Source: a virus
Reading direction: 5' to 3' (one strand)
DNA length: 24,827 nt
Virus record (IMG/VR): IMGVR_UViG_3300033549_000069
Location: 1-24,827 of that record
The notes beneath the pieces are model-generated. The model ran no database searches and had not been told where the DNA came from. It saw only the letters and a program-made list of their open reading frames with translations. This document shows positions 8,009 through 16,701 of the stretch, piece by piece. Position numbers and translations under genes: made by a program. Within the stretch, counting starts at the first letter, position 1, and each line of letters begins with the position of its first letter.

Positions 8009-8556
8009 GGCTCCGACCTCAGCATCCGCGCGTGGGCCAGGTGCCAGAAAGTCATCTTGTTTTGCAATGCTTGGACCTCCTTCCGCAGGCGTTCATTGTC
8101 CGCCCGTAGTGCCTCCACCTCTTCGGGCTCCAGGCAACGCGGTCCCGTGGGCAACTCCCCGTCCCGATCCCCCGGCAACGTACACGACAACGCGCCAGAA
8201 CTCTCGCGGATGACCTGCACCACCTGGTCGTGATCCCAGTACCATCTCGGCTGCCCGAAATTGACCTCATCAAACAGCTCTTCCGTAGCGTCGCCCTGCA
8301 CCACGCGGCCCGCAGACTCCACCTCCGCCACCTCTTCAACCTTGAACGACTCGAAGACCGGACCATCACTCACGATGGGCAGCACGGCCTTTGCTGTGGC
8401 CAGCTCGGCCATGATCCTCCACAGGCGCGTCAGCTTGTCCTCGGCGCGACGTGCCCCCAGGTACATGCTGGCCTCTTTCCCGGTCGCCGTGGTCATATGT
8501 AGCCACATCTCCTCGCCGTCCTGCTCCAACCACACACACCCCGCTGGCTCGCTCAT
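8005..8556 (-). CDS. Modular hypothetical protein
   Basis: 183 aa, ATGA-coupled; WYW...PTGPRCLEPEE module shared with 9554..10438. Confidence 0.75.
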   Translation of the reverse strand: MSEPAGCVWLEQDGEEMWLHMTTATGKEASMYLGARRAEDKLTRLWRIMAELATAKAVLPIVSDGPVFESFKVEEVAEVESAGRVVQGDATEELFDEVNFGQPRWYWDHDQVVQVIRESSGALSCTLPGDRDGELPTGPRCLEPEEVEALRADNERLRKEVQALQNKMTFWHLAHARMLRSEP

Positions 8557-8915
8557 GGCTCATCCTCATTGATCCCGATCTCAATCGCTATGCCAACGTT
8601 GGACTTCTTGACCGACTCGCGCACTGACATAAGTTCCTGCAAAGTCCCGTGAAGGATCATCTTCCCGCGTTTGTCTTTGTTGTAATAGTCGGATATGGCG
8701 AGCTGTAATCTATCAAGTGACCTGCACCATCCCTCTGCATACGCATAAGAAATTTCGCCTAAAATTGACTCGTTTAGATCTCCATTGCTGCCTCTTTTTG
8801 ACGCATATGAATTCCCCATGCTCTTTGCACGACCTGCTACAAAAGATACAAGATTATGGGACTCAACCTTGTCTGGCACAAACAATACATCCTCTGGCGT
8901 CATTATCTTCTTCAT
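8553..8915 (-). CDS. Hypothetical protein (lower GC)
   Basis: RBS GGAGG, ATG 8915 (MKKIMTPEDV...). Confidence 0.7.
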   Translation of the reverse strand: MKKIMTPEDVLFVPDKVESHNLVSFVAGRAKSMGNSYASKRGSNGDLNESILGEISYAYAEGWCRSLDRLQLAISDYYNKDKRGKMILHGTLQELMSVRESVKKSNVGIAIEIGINEDEP

Positions 8916-8926
8916 AGTTCCTCCGA

Positions 8927-9124
8927 TCAGTCTTGAAACAGCTTGATAATCGTGTTCCCGTCCAACCCGTACTTCGAGATCAAACTCATGAACGCCCCCT
9001 CGTCCCACGCCAGGGCGTACCCGTGCGCCTCCCGCTCCCTGTTCGCCGCCTTCATGGCCTCCATCTCGATCAACGCCGCCGCCACCTGCGCATTGACATA
9101 CGCCACTCGCTGTTCTGGTGTCAT
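8927..9124 (-). CDS. Small phage protein (MEAMKAANRERE...LAW)
   Basis: 65 aa, ATGA overlap, RBS present. Confidence 0.75.
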   Translation of the reverse strand: MTPEQRVAYVNAQVAAALIEMEAMKAANREREAHGYALAWDEGAFMSLISKYGLDGNTIIKLFQD

Positions 9125-9345
9125 AGTTTTCCTTCCTCCGTGGGCCAGTGCTCGCCGCGCTCTATCATTTCTGCGAACTGTTTTGTTACAATGCGCACTA
9201 CCTCTAAATAACTAGTGTTTTCATACCTTTTTGTTAGCCACGCCACAATCGCCGCTCGCTCCTGCTCCCAGGTGTGCGTCTTGAGCCGCTCTACCTCGGC
9301 CTCAAGGACATCGTTCTCTTTTCGCAAATCATCGACTTCGGTCAT
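9121..9345 (-). CDS. Small protein, paralog of the C-terminus of 9554..10438
   Basis: LEAEVERLKTHTWEQERAAIVAWL...IERGEHWPTE. Confidence 0.8.
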   Translation of the reverse strand: MTEVDDLRKENDVLEAEVERLKTHTWEQERAAIVAWLTKRYENTSYLEVVRIVTKQFAEMIERGEHWPTEEGKL

Positions 9346-9557
9346 GGCTCCTCCTTGGGCAGCAGTGCACCACGCAGATTGATATTGCAGTCCACTAAAT
9401 CTTGGTTTAGCTGATCTACTTCTAGCTTAAGAGCCTGGTTATCCGTATTTGCCGAAGCGAGATCGTGAACAAGGACTCCCATAGAAAATACAACTGCAAT
9501 GAACATCAATGCGAGTGCGACTATCTTCCCCAGGTCGTTTCTATCTATTGTGCTCAT
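9342..9557 (-). CDS. Small membrane-anchored coiled-coil protein
   Basis: Transmembrane helix plus LNQDLVDCNINLRGALL. Confidence 0.75.
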   Translation of the reverse strand: MSTIDRNDLGKIVALALMFIAVVFSMGVLVHDLASANTDNQALKLEVDQLNQDLVDCNINLRGALLPKEEP

Positions 9558-10438
9558 GGCTTCTCCCCTCCCTCCGTGGGCCAGTGCTCACCGCGCTCGA
9601 TACACCCTGCCCATGTTCTCATGCCGCGTTTATCATTTCTTAGCCACGCCACAATCGCTGCTCGCTCCTGCTTCCAGGTGTGGGCCTTGAGCCGCTCAAC
9701 CTCGGCCTCTAGCGCCGCCGCCCGCTGGGCCAACAAGGGGATGCCCGCCATCAACCAGGACTGCCCCAACTCCGGCTTGGGACAGTGCTCCTGCGCCAAC
9801 GCCACCGCCCGATTGAACTCCCCCTGGAGGCAGGCGTAGTAAGCCTTCTCCGCATCTAGCTTCCCCTGGAGCCGCTCGTTCTCGATCTGCGCATCCTTCA
9901 GTAGCGACGCCAGCCGAGGCACGCCATGTATGAGATAGTCCTCGCCAAGCGCAGTCGGGCAATTCTTCCTGGCTACGGTAGCCGCCTCATTCCACAGCCC
10001 CTTGAGATGATCGTACTCCTCCTGCCACCGCCTGGCCTTGGCCGCTAGCGCATCCCGCGCTTCCGTCATCTTTTCAAGATGCTCAACGGCACGAGCCGCC
10101 GCGTCTTCCGCATCGCACGGTCCCTCGGCTCCAACAGCTTCGATAAGCACTTGAGCCGTCGTCCTGAGCCGGACCCGCAACTCTGCAATGTTTTTGTCAT
10201 ATTCGCTCTGTTGAAGTAGTCCTTGTAGCTTCGTATTGAGATCCCTGCGGGCCTTGTCTTCCTCGGGCTCCACGCACCGGGGGCCGGTCGGGAAGTCCAA
10301 CCGGGGATCCTTCCCCTCGACCCGCCAGAACACCCACAACGTCCCGTCCTCATGCCGCACCACCTCGATCACGCGGCCCTCGTGCCAGTACCAGCCCGAC
10401 TGGCCCGGCTGAATCACGCCTTCAAATGGATCTCTCAT
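9554..10438 (-). CDS. Modular coiled-coil protein with internal duplication
   Basis: 294 aa, RBS GGAGAGG; two ...CP..LG..(Y/W)L..G(V/I)P.LA units. Confidence 0.8.
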   Translation of the reverse strand: MRDPFEGVIQPGQSGWYWHEGRVIEVVRHEDGTLWVFWRVEGKDPRLDFPTGPRCVEPEEDKARRDLNTKLQGLLQQSEYDKNIAELRVRLRTTAQVLIEAVGAEGPCDAEDAAARAVEHLEKMTEARDALAAKARRWQEEYDHLKGLWNEAATVARKNCPTALGEDYLIHGVPRLASLLKDAQIENERLQGKLDAEKAYYACLQGEFNRAVALAQEHCPKPELGQSWLMAGIPLLAQRAAALEAEVERLKAHTWKQERAAIVAWLRNDKRGMRTWAGCIERGEHWPTEGGEKP

Positions 10439-10450
10439 GACGTTCCTCTC

Positions 10451-10756
10451 CTACCAGTGGCGATACCCGTTCGAGATCCGGTCCATCCGGGCCTCAGCCA
10501 AGTCCTGTCTCGCCTCTTCCATGCGCTCGTAATCACGCGCCGCCTGCTCCCTCTGTATCTCCAGCTCGGCCAACACACCTTCCAGGTAGACCATAGCCGC
10601 CTGGTACTCCGCTTGCGTGTCCGGCGTCTTGTAGGTCAGCCCAACACACGTACACATCCCGTCCATCGCCGCCTTCAGAATGCCGATCCGAAGTCCGCCG
10701 TTTTTCCGCCAATCCGCTACCCATGCCCGCGCATCCGCTTCGTTCCTGATTTCCAT
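10451..10756 (-). CDS. Hypothetical protein
   Basis: RBS AAGGAG, ATG 10756 (MEIRNEAD...). Confidence 0.7.
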   Translation of the reverse strand: MEIRNEADARAWVADWRKNGGLRIGILKAAMDGMCTCVGLTYKTPDTQAEYQAAMVYLEGVLAELEIQREQAARDYERMEEARQDLAEARMDRISNGYRHW

Positions 10757-10808
10757 GTGTTTCTCCTTGGTCCACCTCACCTGGCATCAACGCCAGGAAT
10801 CTGCCCTT

Positions 10809-10836
10809 AATTTAACCGCTGGCGTGTGTTCGTCAA
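10809..10836 (-). promoter_or_regulatory. Sigma70-like promoter heading the 6.7-10.8 kb gene array
   Basis: TTGACG, 16 nt, TAAATT. Confidence 0.55.
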
Positions 10837-10840
10837 CGTG

Positions 10841-11452
10841 TCAAGGAACAGGATTCCGACGGGCCACGGCGATGGAATCTAACAGCTCTGGCACGCCCAA
10901 CTCGACGGCGACCACTGCCAGTGGAGCCGCAAACGTCCTCTTGTCCGAGTCGGCACGCCTCCAAACCTTCGCACGACGTGGTCCTCCACCTCCCGGAAAC
11001 GGCCCCTCGTGATGGCAATGCAATGTGTACTGAGCCATCGCAAGCACGCGCTCGGCATCGGCAGTAGACATCCAACGCGCCTTCCACGGGCGATTTCCTT
11101 CCGCGTTCCCAACGTAGGGGGAACACACCTCTGGCGTACCACCCTCCCACAAGTGAACTAAGGTCTCCCACCGTGCGATAGCCATCGCTATCACGGCCTC
11201 AGCACTACTCGCTACAGAATCCACATCTGCAACTGTCTCAATAGGTGGATCTATTGTCACATCTGGAATTACAACCTCAACAGCCACGTTCAACATCGAC
11301 TCTGGCAACGCCGCACGAATGGGCAATGGTTCAGGTTTAGGTGGCTCCTGCACAACTTCCTGCGGCACCGTCACAATCGGCTTTGGAGGAGGCGGTGCAG
11401 GTGCAAAGATGTCCAACTGATCTGTCTGCACATGCTTCAAACGTCGCGCCAT
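10841..11452 (-). CDS. Hypothetical protein with Pro-rich N-terminus and QLDIF motif
   Basis: ATG 11452 after GAGG, immediately downstream of the previous stop. Confidence 0.65.
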   Translation of the reverse strand: MARRLKHVQTDQLDIFAPAPPPPKPIVTVPQEVVQEPPKPEPLPIRAALPESMLNVAVEVVIPDVTIDPPIETVADVDSVASSAEAVIAMAIARWETLVHLWEGGTPEVCSPYVGNAEGNRPWKARWMSTADAERVLAMAQYTLHCHHEGPFPGGGGPRRAKVWRRADSDKRTFAAPLAVVAVELGVPELLDSIAVARRNPVP

Positions 11453-11462
11453 CCGTGACCTC

Positions 11463-11687
11463 TCAATCGCTGTCGAACAACCGATAGAGACCGTAACTCG
11501 CCAGGCCAAACAAGGCCCCGGCTGCCGCCCCAACCGGCCCAGCCGCCGCACCAATACCCGCGCCACCGCCCATCATACCAACCGCTGTCATTCCCGTGGC
11601 CGCAACCACGCCGTACCCCGCCGCTGCGCCCGCCGCACCCGCTGCCGCAGCCTTGGCCGCCTTCTCTCCAGTGCTCTCGTCACTCAT
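11463..11687 (-). CDS. Glycine-zipper small membrane protein
   Basis: GAAGAAAG...GAGIGAAAGPVGAAAGALFGLA; RBS AGGTG. Confidence 0.75.
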   Translation of the reverse strand: MSDESTGEKAAKAAAAGAAGAAAGYGVVAATGMTAVGMMGGGAGIGAAAGPVGAAAGALFGLASYGLYRLFDSD

Positions 11688-11743
11688 GACTTCACCTGAT
11701 TCCTTGTGTATCAGCCCAACATCATGCCAGGCATCGCTCGCCA

Positions 11744-11772
11744 AACCTAACCGATAGCAAATGGTTCGTCAA
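11744..11772 (-). promoter_or_regulatory. Sigma70-like promoter
   Basis: TTGACG, 17 nt, TAGGTT. Confidence 0.55.
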
Positions 11773-11784
11773 CTTCCATGTTTT

Positions 11785-12162
11785 TTAGAACCCATTGAAC
11801 AGCCAGATCCAAGCAGAAAGCACGATAACAACCACTATCGAAACACCGATCACAATCCCTATAAACGGCGCACCCGACCGTGGGGGCAACTTCTCTACCG
11901 CACGTTCCTGCATAATGGGAGCTTGACGAGAGATCATGTCCGACTGCCGGATTTGATGTCCCAGCTTTTGGCCCTGTACCTCCAAGGTCGCCAACCTCCC
12001 CTCCATGGCCAGTACACTTCGACGTAGAGTCCGCTGTTCCTCACGGATCGCCTCCATCGTCTCAGTAATGCGTAGAAAGAAATCGGTACACTCTCCGCTT
12101 CCGCTGCCGCAATTCTCCGGTGGGCTCTTGGGTGGACGCGTCTTCAAGGTCAACGTTTTCAT
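11785..12162 (-). CDS. Coiled-coil protein with C-terminal membrane anchor
   Basis: 125 aa, ends FIGIVIGVSIVVVIVLSAWIWLF. Confidence 0.7.
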   Translation of the reverse strand: MKTLTLKTRPPKSPPENCGSGSGECTDFFLRITETMEAIREEQRTLRRSVLAMEGRLATLEVQGQKLGHQIRQSDMISRQAPIMQERAVEKLPPRSGAPFIGIVIGVSIVVVIVLSAWIWLFNGF

Positions 12163-12230
12163 CCCCCCACTTTATCACAAAAGATCGTTCGCCACCCCAG
12201 CGATGGCCGCCGCCGATTGGTGATCCCCCA

Positions 12231-12244
12231 CGAACCCGGGTTCG
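12231..12244. promoter_or_regulatory. Palindromic site CGAACCCGGGTTCG (copy 4), next to extended -10 TGcTACACT (12247-12255, +)
   Basis: Lies in the divergent intergenic gap. Confidence 0.65.
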
Positions 12245-12284
12245 CGTGCTACACTGTTACAAAGCAGGTTGAAAGGAGCACAGC

Positions 12285-12440
12285 ATGTCGATACTGCTCG
12301 TCGTCCTGATCGTCCTGATCGTCGTGGCCCTCTTCGGCGGGATCCAGGGGCATGCCCTCGGCTGGTCGCCACTGGGCATCATCCTGCTCATCTTGCTCAT
12401 CCTACTGCTCACGGGGAATCTGGGACACCTGCGGTTGTGA
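12285..12440 (+). CDS. 51-aa two-helix membrane protein, DUF3309-like (absent from the ORF track)
   Basis: RBS GAAAGGAG; MSILLVVLIVLIVVALFGGIQGHALGWSPLGIILLILLILLLTGNLGHLRL*. Confidence 0.8.
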   Translation: MSILLVVLIVLIVVALFGGIQGHALGWSPLGIILLILLILLLTGNLGHLRL

Positions 12441-12449
12441 TCGGATCGG

Positions 12450-12788
12450 CTATCCCTTTTGTCGCTTCTCTTTCACATGCTGGAAACCGCTCCTTAACGC
12501 TATTTCTTCCGCTGTATCCTGCGTTGTCCCACGACGAAACGTCCCGCCACCTACGATGTAGTCGTGGTTGGAATCCTCATCGGCATCTGTGTCGAAGAGC
12601 GTCCAAGCCGACCACCCAGATTTCTCGCTATATTCGATCTCTACTCTGACAGCCGGGGTAAGCTGTGCAACCAGCCTCTTGTCTGGACCTTTCGATCCGG
12701 TTTTTTTATAACCCTTCACCGGCTCGAATTCGGACTCATAGAGTCCCTTCGAAACGCTCTCTTCCAAAGATCGCAACAGAGATCTCAT
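12450..12788 (-). CDS. Leader-bearing protein (MRSLLRSLEE), paralog of 12846..13214
   Basis: RBS GGAGG; shares PVK..PDK..VEI..WSA..FD.DA..DYIVGG..F..G.TQ..AEE with its neighbour. Confidence 0.8.
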   Translation of the reverse strand: MRSLLRSLEESVSKGLYESEFEPVKGYKKTGSKGPDKRLVAQLTPAVRVEIEYSEKSGWSAWTLFDTDADEDSNHDYIVGGGTFRRGTTQDTAEEIALRSGFQHVKEKRQKG

Positions 12789-12845
12789 TATGATCTTCCT
12801 CCCTTTGACGCGACAACATGCGTGTGCGCGTTCTCAGCATACCAC

Positions 12846-13214
12846 CTATCCACGACGCCGCTTGTCCCCCAGGTACTTCAACGTGATCTCAATCGCCGCC
12901 TCTTCCGCCTCGGATTGCGTGAGCCCCTTGGCGAACGCCTGGCCGCCCACGATGTAGTCCGGTGTGAACTCCTCCTCGGCATCCCCATCGAAGATCGTCG
13001 CGCTCCACCGATCCGGCTTCTCGTAGTAATAGATCTCTACGCTCACCTTCTTGGTGGGGTGCGCGATCAGCGTCTTGTCCGGGTCAAACGATCCATTGCC
13101 ACGTTTCACCGGCTTGAACACGAACGTGTAGCGCCCCGTGAGGGCTTCCTCCAGGGACCGCAGCAGCCCGCGCATGCCGTCCGCATAGTTCAACGCCTTG
13201 TACTGCTCGGTCAT
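12846..13214 (-). CDS. Leader-bearing protein (MRGLLRSLEE at residue 14)
   Basis: RBS GAGGTG; paralog of 12450..12788. Confidence 0.8.
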   Translation of the reverse strand: MTEQYKALNYADGMRGLLRSLEEALTGRYTFVFKPVKRGNGSFDPDKTLIAHPTKKVSVEIYYYEKPDRWSATIFDGDAEEEFTPDYIVGGQAFAKGLTQSEAEEAAIEITLKYLGDKRRRG

Positions 13215-13267
13215 GAAATCACCTCTTCGATTGGTTTTCTGGTGGATTACCCACCTGGTTCGTCGCC

Positions 13268-14059
13268 CTACTTCTTAGGCTCTGGACGGTCCGCGCCATA
13301 TTTTTTCCACATCTCGTCCGCACGCTTCGCATCGATCTTCCGCATCTTCTCATACTTGGCGATAATCTCTTTTCCAATGCGCGACGTCGTCCACCACGAA
13401 AACTCACCCCGGTTGGCCATATGATAATCGAAGCGAAACGTCCGCATCATCCCGTCTAGCCCATGCCACTGTGCCTCGTCCGCATCCGCAACATAGACCA
13501 AGCACATCGCAAAAAACTTCGGGAACGGCTCCTTGCTCTTCTGGCGCGGACTCCTAACCCATGCCATGTGCATATGAAACGCCCCAAAGACGCCAACATC
13601 AATGACAACTCCCGGCTTCAGACCAACCTCACGGTATAAATCGTCAGCAAACGTCTGGATCTCCGGCGCTCGTATCCCCTTTCTGGCCTCCCAAAAATCC
13701 CTCTTGGACTCATCATCAATCCCCGTAGAAAGGCGGCTATCCTGGTGACCAGCGTCCAGATACGGTGCATGACTCGGAGGGCCATAGTCCACCAACACAT
13801 ACTTCCGCAAGCGCTTATATCCAGGCTCCTGGACCTCTTTACGGTCCACTATTTTGAGCCCCTCCACCGCCGCCCTCTCCTTCGGATCGTTAAAGGAAAA
13901 CCACTTTTCACCCACCTTTTCACGTCGCCAATTATGCTGGTAGACGTACAGAAACGCCGACCGATCTCCGATCTGACGATCAAACATCTTCCAGACTACA
14001 TCGATCTCGTCCGAATTGAATGGAACGTTCTCTTCCAGACGTCGGATCAAGCTACGCAT
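13268..14059 (-). CDS. Leader-bearing protein (MRSLIRRLEE), unknown function
   Basis: 263 aa, RBS GGGAG, start overlaps the upstream stop. Confidence 0.8.
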   Translation of the reverse strand: MRSLIRRLEENVPFNSDEIDVVWKMFDRQIGDRSAFLYVYQHNWRREKVGEKWFSFNDPKERAAVEGLKIVDRKEVQEPGYKRLRKYVLVDYGPPSHAPYLDAGHQDSRLSTGIDDESKRDFWEARKGIRAPEIQTFADDLYREVGLKPGVVIDVGVFGAFHMHMAWVRSPRQKSKEPFPKFFAMCLVYVADADEAQWHGLDGMMRTFRFDYHMANRGEFSWWTTSRIGKEIIAKYEKMRKIDAKRADEMWKKYGADRPEPKK

Positions 14060-15365
14060 CTTTTGTACTCCCTAGAAACGCCCTAGAAGGCCCGTCCTCG
14101 TCCTCACTCTGAGCTGCGCGTCCAAGGGCCAACGCTTCGAACCTCGCCTTCTGCGGCCCCGTCAGCGTTATGCCCTCGTATTTTCCCAACACGTAGACTG
14201 CGAAGGTCTCTGCAAACTCCTCGACCGGACTCTCCGCGCCATATGACGTAGGAGCTGGCACATACTCGGACTTCGCTCCAGCTCGATCTTGTTCCGCCTT
14301 GGTGCGTGGGTCGAACCATGCCGCAAATCGCGCCCTCGCGCCCGCCTTCATGAATCTATACCAGTAGCGATGCCCTAGTTCGTGTACCACGATCTCGGAG
14401 ATGGTCGTTGCCTTCCAGTTATGCCTTGGATTTATAACAACAATATCTTTGCTGTTATCGTAATGACCGCCAGACAAGAATGACTGCCTGGTCTTAGCTT
14501 TCGTAAAAGTAGCCGCCAGACGAGGTGGCAACACATAGATTTTTCCATGCCAAACCTTACCAAAACCACTCTGTTCCAATGCTCTCTGTGCCAGCATCAA
14601 CCCGGCACGAACCTCCTTCGACGTGGCAGCATCCACCATCGCATTTTCCATATCGTCCTGCTCATCACCAGTGACAGCAGAATACAGACTACTCAATGAC
14701 CCAGGGTTGGTAAGCACTTTCATGCCACCCAAATCATAATCCAACGGAATTGCGTCGTTTATGACGCTCTCCCGATTAGGTTCCGACTTCATTTGCATTG
14801 CAAACTTACGCATCGCCGCCTGCACGTCCGCATCAACTCCAGAAATGTTATGCGGCATAATCTCCAAGTAAGCTTGCCAATAGTCTAAATCGCCCGTCGT
14901 CCCCCAATCCCTCTCATCCGGGCGTCTTTGCATGTCTACCCAGCGATCCTGCTCATGATCCTGCACATTGCCCAATGAATCCAAAGCCGCCTGCAAGTGC
15001 GAATGCACTAAATCCCCTGGCTCAGGCTTAACCTTGAATCCAAGCACACTATATGAACGCGGCACCTTCAAACGCCCCACTCCATCTTTGTACTCTCGAT
15101 TGTCGTCCCCCGTCGTAATACTCGCCAGTGCTGGCGCTGTTACGAGATTCGCCCGACGTACTAAAACGTCCACAAGCATGTTCAAACGCTTCTCGCCATC
15201 GACAAACCACGCCCGAACCTTCCGACGATCCTGTTGATCTCGAATTTTTGAAATCCGATCAGCGTCTTCAACCCACTGATTCCACCACTTCTTGACGCCA
15301 GCCAGCCACTCCTTCGAGCCCATGGCCGGAGAAGCTTCTTCCAGCCGTCGGATCAAGCTACGCAT
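14052..15365 (-). CDS. Leader-bearing zincin metallopeptidase, lethal-factor-like C-terminal domain
   Basis: Start reassigned to ATG 15365 (MRSLIRRLEE, RBS GGAG); GGHY...VHELGHRYW...SYG.ESPVEEFAETFA. Confidence 0.8.
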   Translation of the reverse strand: MRSLIRRLEEASPAMGSKEWLAGVKKWWNQWVEDADRISKIRDQQDRRKVRAWFVDGEKRLNMLVDVLVRRANLVTAPALASITTGDDNREYKDGVGRLKVPRSYSVLGFKVKPEPGDLVHSHLQAALDSLGNVQDHEQDRWVDMQRRPDERDWGTTGDLDYWQAYLEIMPHNISGVDADVQAAMRKFAMQMKSEPNRESVINDAIPLDYDLGGMKVLTNPGSLSSLYSAVTGDEQDDMENAMVDAATSKEVRAGLMLAQRALEQSGFGKVWHGKIYVLPPRLAATFTKAKTRQSFLSGGHYDNSKDIVVINPRHNWKATTISEIVVHELGHRYWYRFMKAGARARFAAWFDPRTKAEQDRAGAKSEYVPAPTSYGAESPVEEFAETFAVYVLGKYEGITLTGPQKARFEALALGRAAQSEDEDGPSRAFLGSTKDA

Positions 15366-16701
15366 CTTGGATACTCCATAGGAACGCCCCAAAGTCCCCG
15401 TCATCGTCTTCGCTCTGAGCCGCACGTCCCAGGGCCAATGCCTCGAACCGCGCCTTCTGCGGACCCGTCAGAGAGATTCCTTTGTAGCTCCCCATCACAT
15501 ACGCCGCAAAAGTCTCAGCGAACTCCTCCGCTGGCTCTTCAGCCGCGTATGACGTGGGGGCAGGAACATAGTCGAACTTCGGACCTTCCGCATCTTGCTG
15601 CTCCTTGCCACGCGGGTCAAACCATGCCGCGAACCGAGCCCGAGCACCTGCCTTCATATTCTTGAACCAATAACGATGAGCCAACTCGTGTACCATCAAG
15701 CCAATGACGTCACTTTCCTGCCAGTGATGGCCAGGATTGATCACAACGTTATCGCCACCGATCTTGTAATGACCACTAGACTTGAAATGCTCTTTCGTCT
15801 TCCGTTTAGTAGATTCATTGCCCTGGTACTCAGAAAGCACGTACACATTTCCATACCATAGATCACCGAACCCTCGTTGCTGCAATATCCGCTGCGCCAT
15901 CTGCAAGCCATTCAATACCATCCGCGATAACTGCACATCGACACCATGCTGACCAGATGTCCCCTGCGCTGCCATCGCAGACTTCATCAGGTCAGATGCC
16001 GACCCCGGATCTGTAATCACCTTGACTCTTCCTATGCTGTATTCCAACGGAACAGACTTCTCCATGTCCCGCTCAACGTCCTTCAAAGTATTCTTCGCAA
16101 TCTGCGTAAACGTCCGAAACACAGACTGCATATCGCGGTCAATTTCAGCCACCGCCTCGTCTAACGACTCCACTCCAGCCTGCCAAGAATTCAAGTCACC
16201 ATGCCTCCCATACATATCCCTCGACGCACCTCCCATCATCGCCTGCGCTCGTAAATCCGCTGGCGTCATAGGATAGTCCCGCTGGAACCACGACTCTTCC
16301 GCACGCGCATACACACGCAATCGCTTCAACGCGGTCTCTAGGTACGGAAGAACCTTCATCTCAGGTGCCTGCGACAATGGAATCCCCATCACCTTAGCTG
16401 GCAGCTTGAGCGCTGAGCTGCCCATTCCTAATCCACTGATTTTGTCCATCGCAGACGTGGCCAGATCATGAATCGTCAAAAACCCAGGAGCACGAACCAA
16501 AGCATCCTTCAACGCCTCAATGCGCTTCTCTCCATCGGCAAACCACGCGAGCACGACTTTGCGATCTTTGGGATCACGGATCTTGGAAACGCGCTCGGCA
16601 TCCTTCACCCACTGCCCCCACCACTTCTTGACCCCTGCCAGCCACTCCTTGGATCCAGGAGCCGGAGCCGCCTCTTCCAAGCGTCGGATGAGCTGTCGCA
16701 T
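15358..16701 (-). CDS. Leader-bearing zincin metallopeptidase, tandem paralog
   Basis: MRQLIRRLEE; SGHY...VHELAHRYW...SYA.EEPAEEFAETFA. Confidence 0.8.
   Translation of the reverse strand: MRQLIRRLEEAAPAPGSKEWLAGVKKWWGQWVKDAERVSKIRDPKDRKVVLAWFADGEKRIEALKDALVRAPGFLTIHDLATSAMDKISGLGMGSSALKLPAKVMGIPLSQAPEMKVLPYLETALKRLRVYARAEESWFQRDYPMTPADLRAQAMMGGASRDMYGRHGDLNSWQAGVESLDEAVAEIDRDMQSVFRTFTQIAKNTLKDVERDMEKSVPLEYSIGRVKVITDPGSASDLMKSAMAAQGTSGQHGVDVQLSRMVLNGLQMAQRILQQRGFGDLWYGNVYVLSEYQGNESTKRKTKEHFKSSGHYKIGGDNVVINPGHHWQESDVIGLMVHELAHRYWFKNMKAGARARFAAWFDPRGKEQQDAEGPKFDYVPAPTSYAAEEPAEEFAETFAAYVMGSYKGISLTGPQKARFEALALGRAAQSEDDDGDFGAFLWSIQDA

Noticed and set aside
9121-9709. Repeat pair as a diversity-generating retroelement template/variable pair
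   Set aside because: Mismatches are not confined to adenines, the middles differ in length, and no reverse transcriptase is in the window.
15366-15425. N-terminal extension of the 457-aa track ORF
   Set aside because: Overlaps the upstream paralog; the RBS and tag place the start at 15365.
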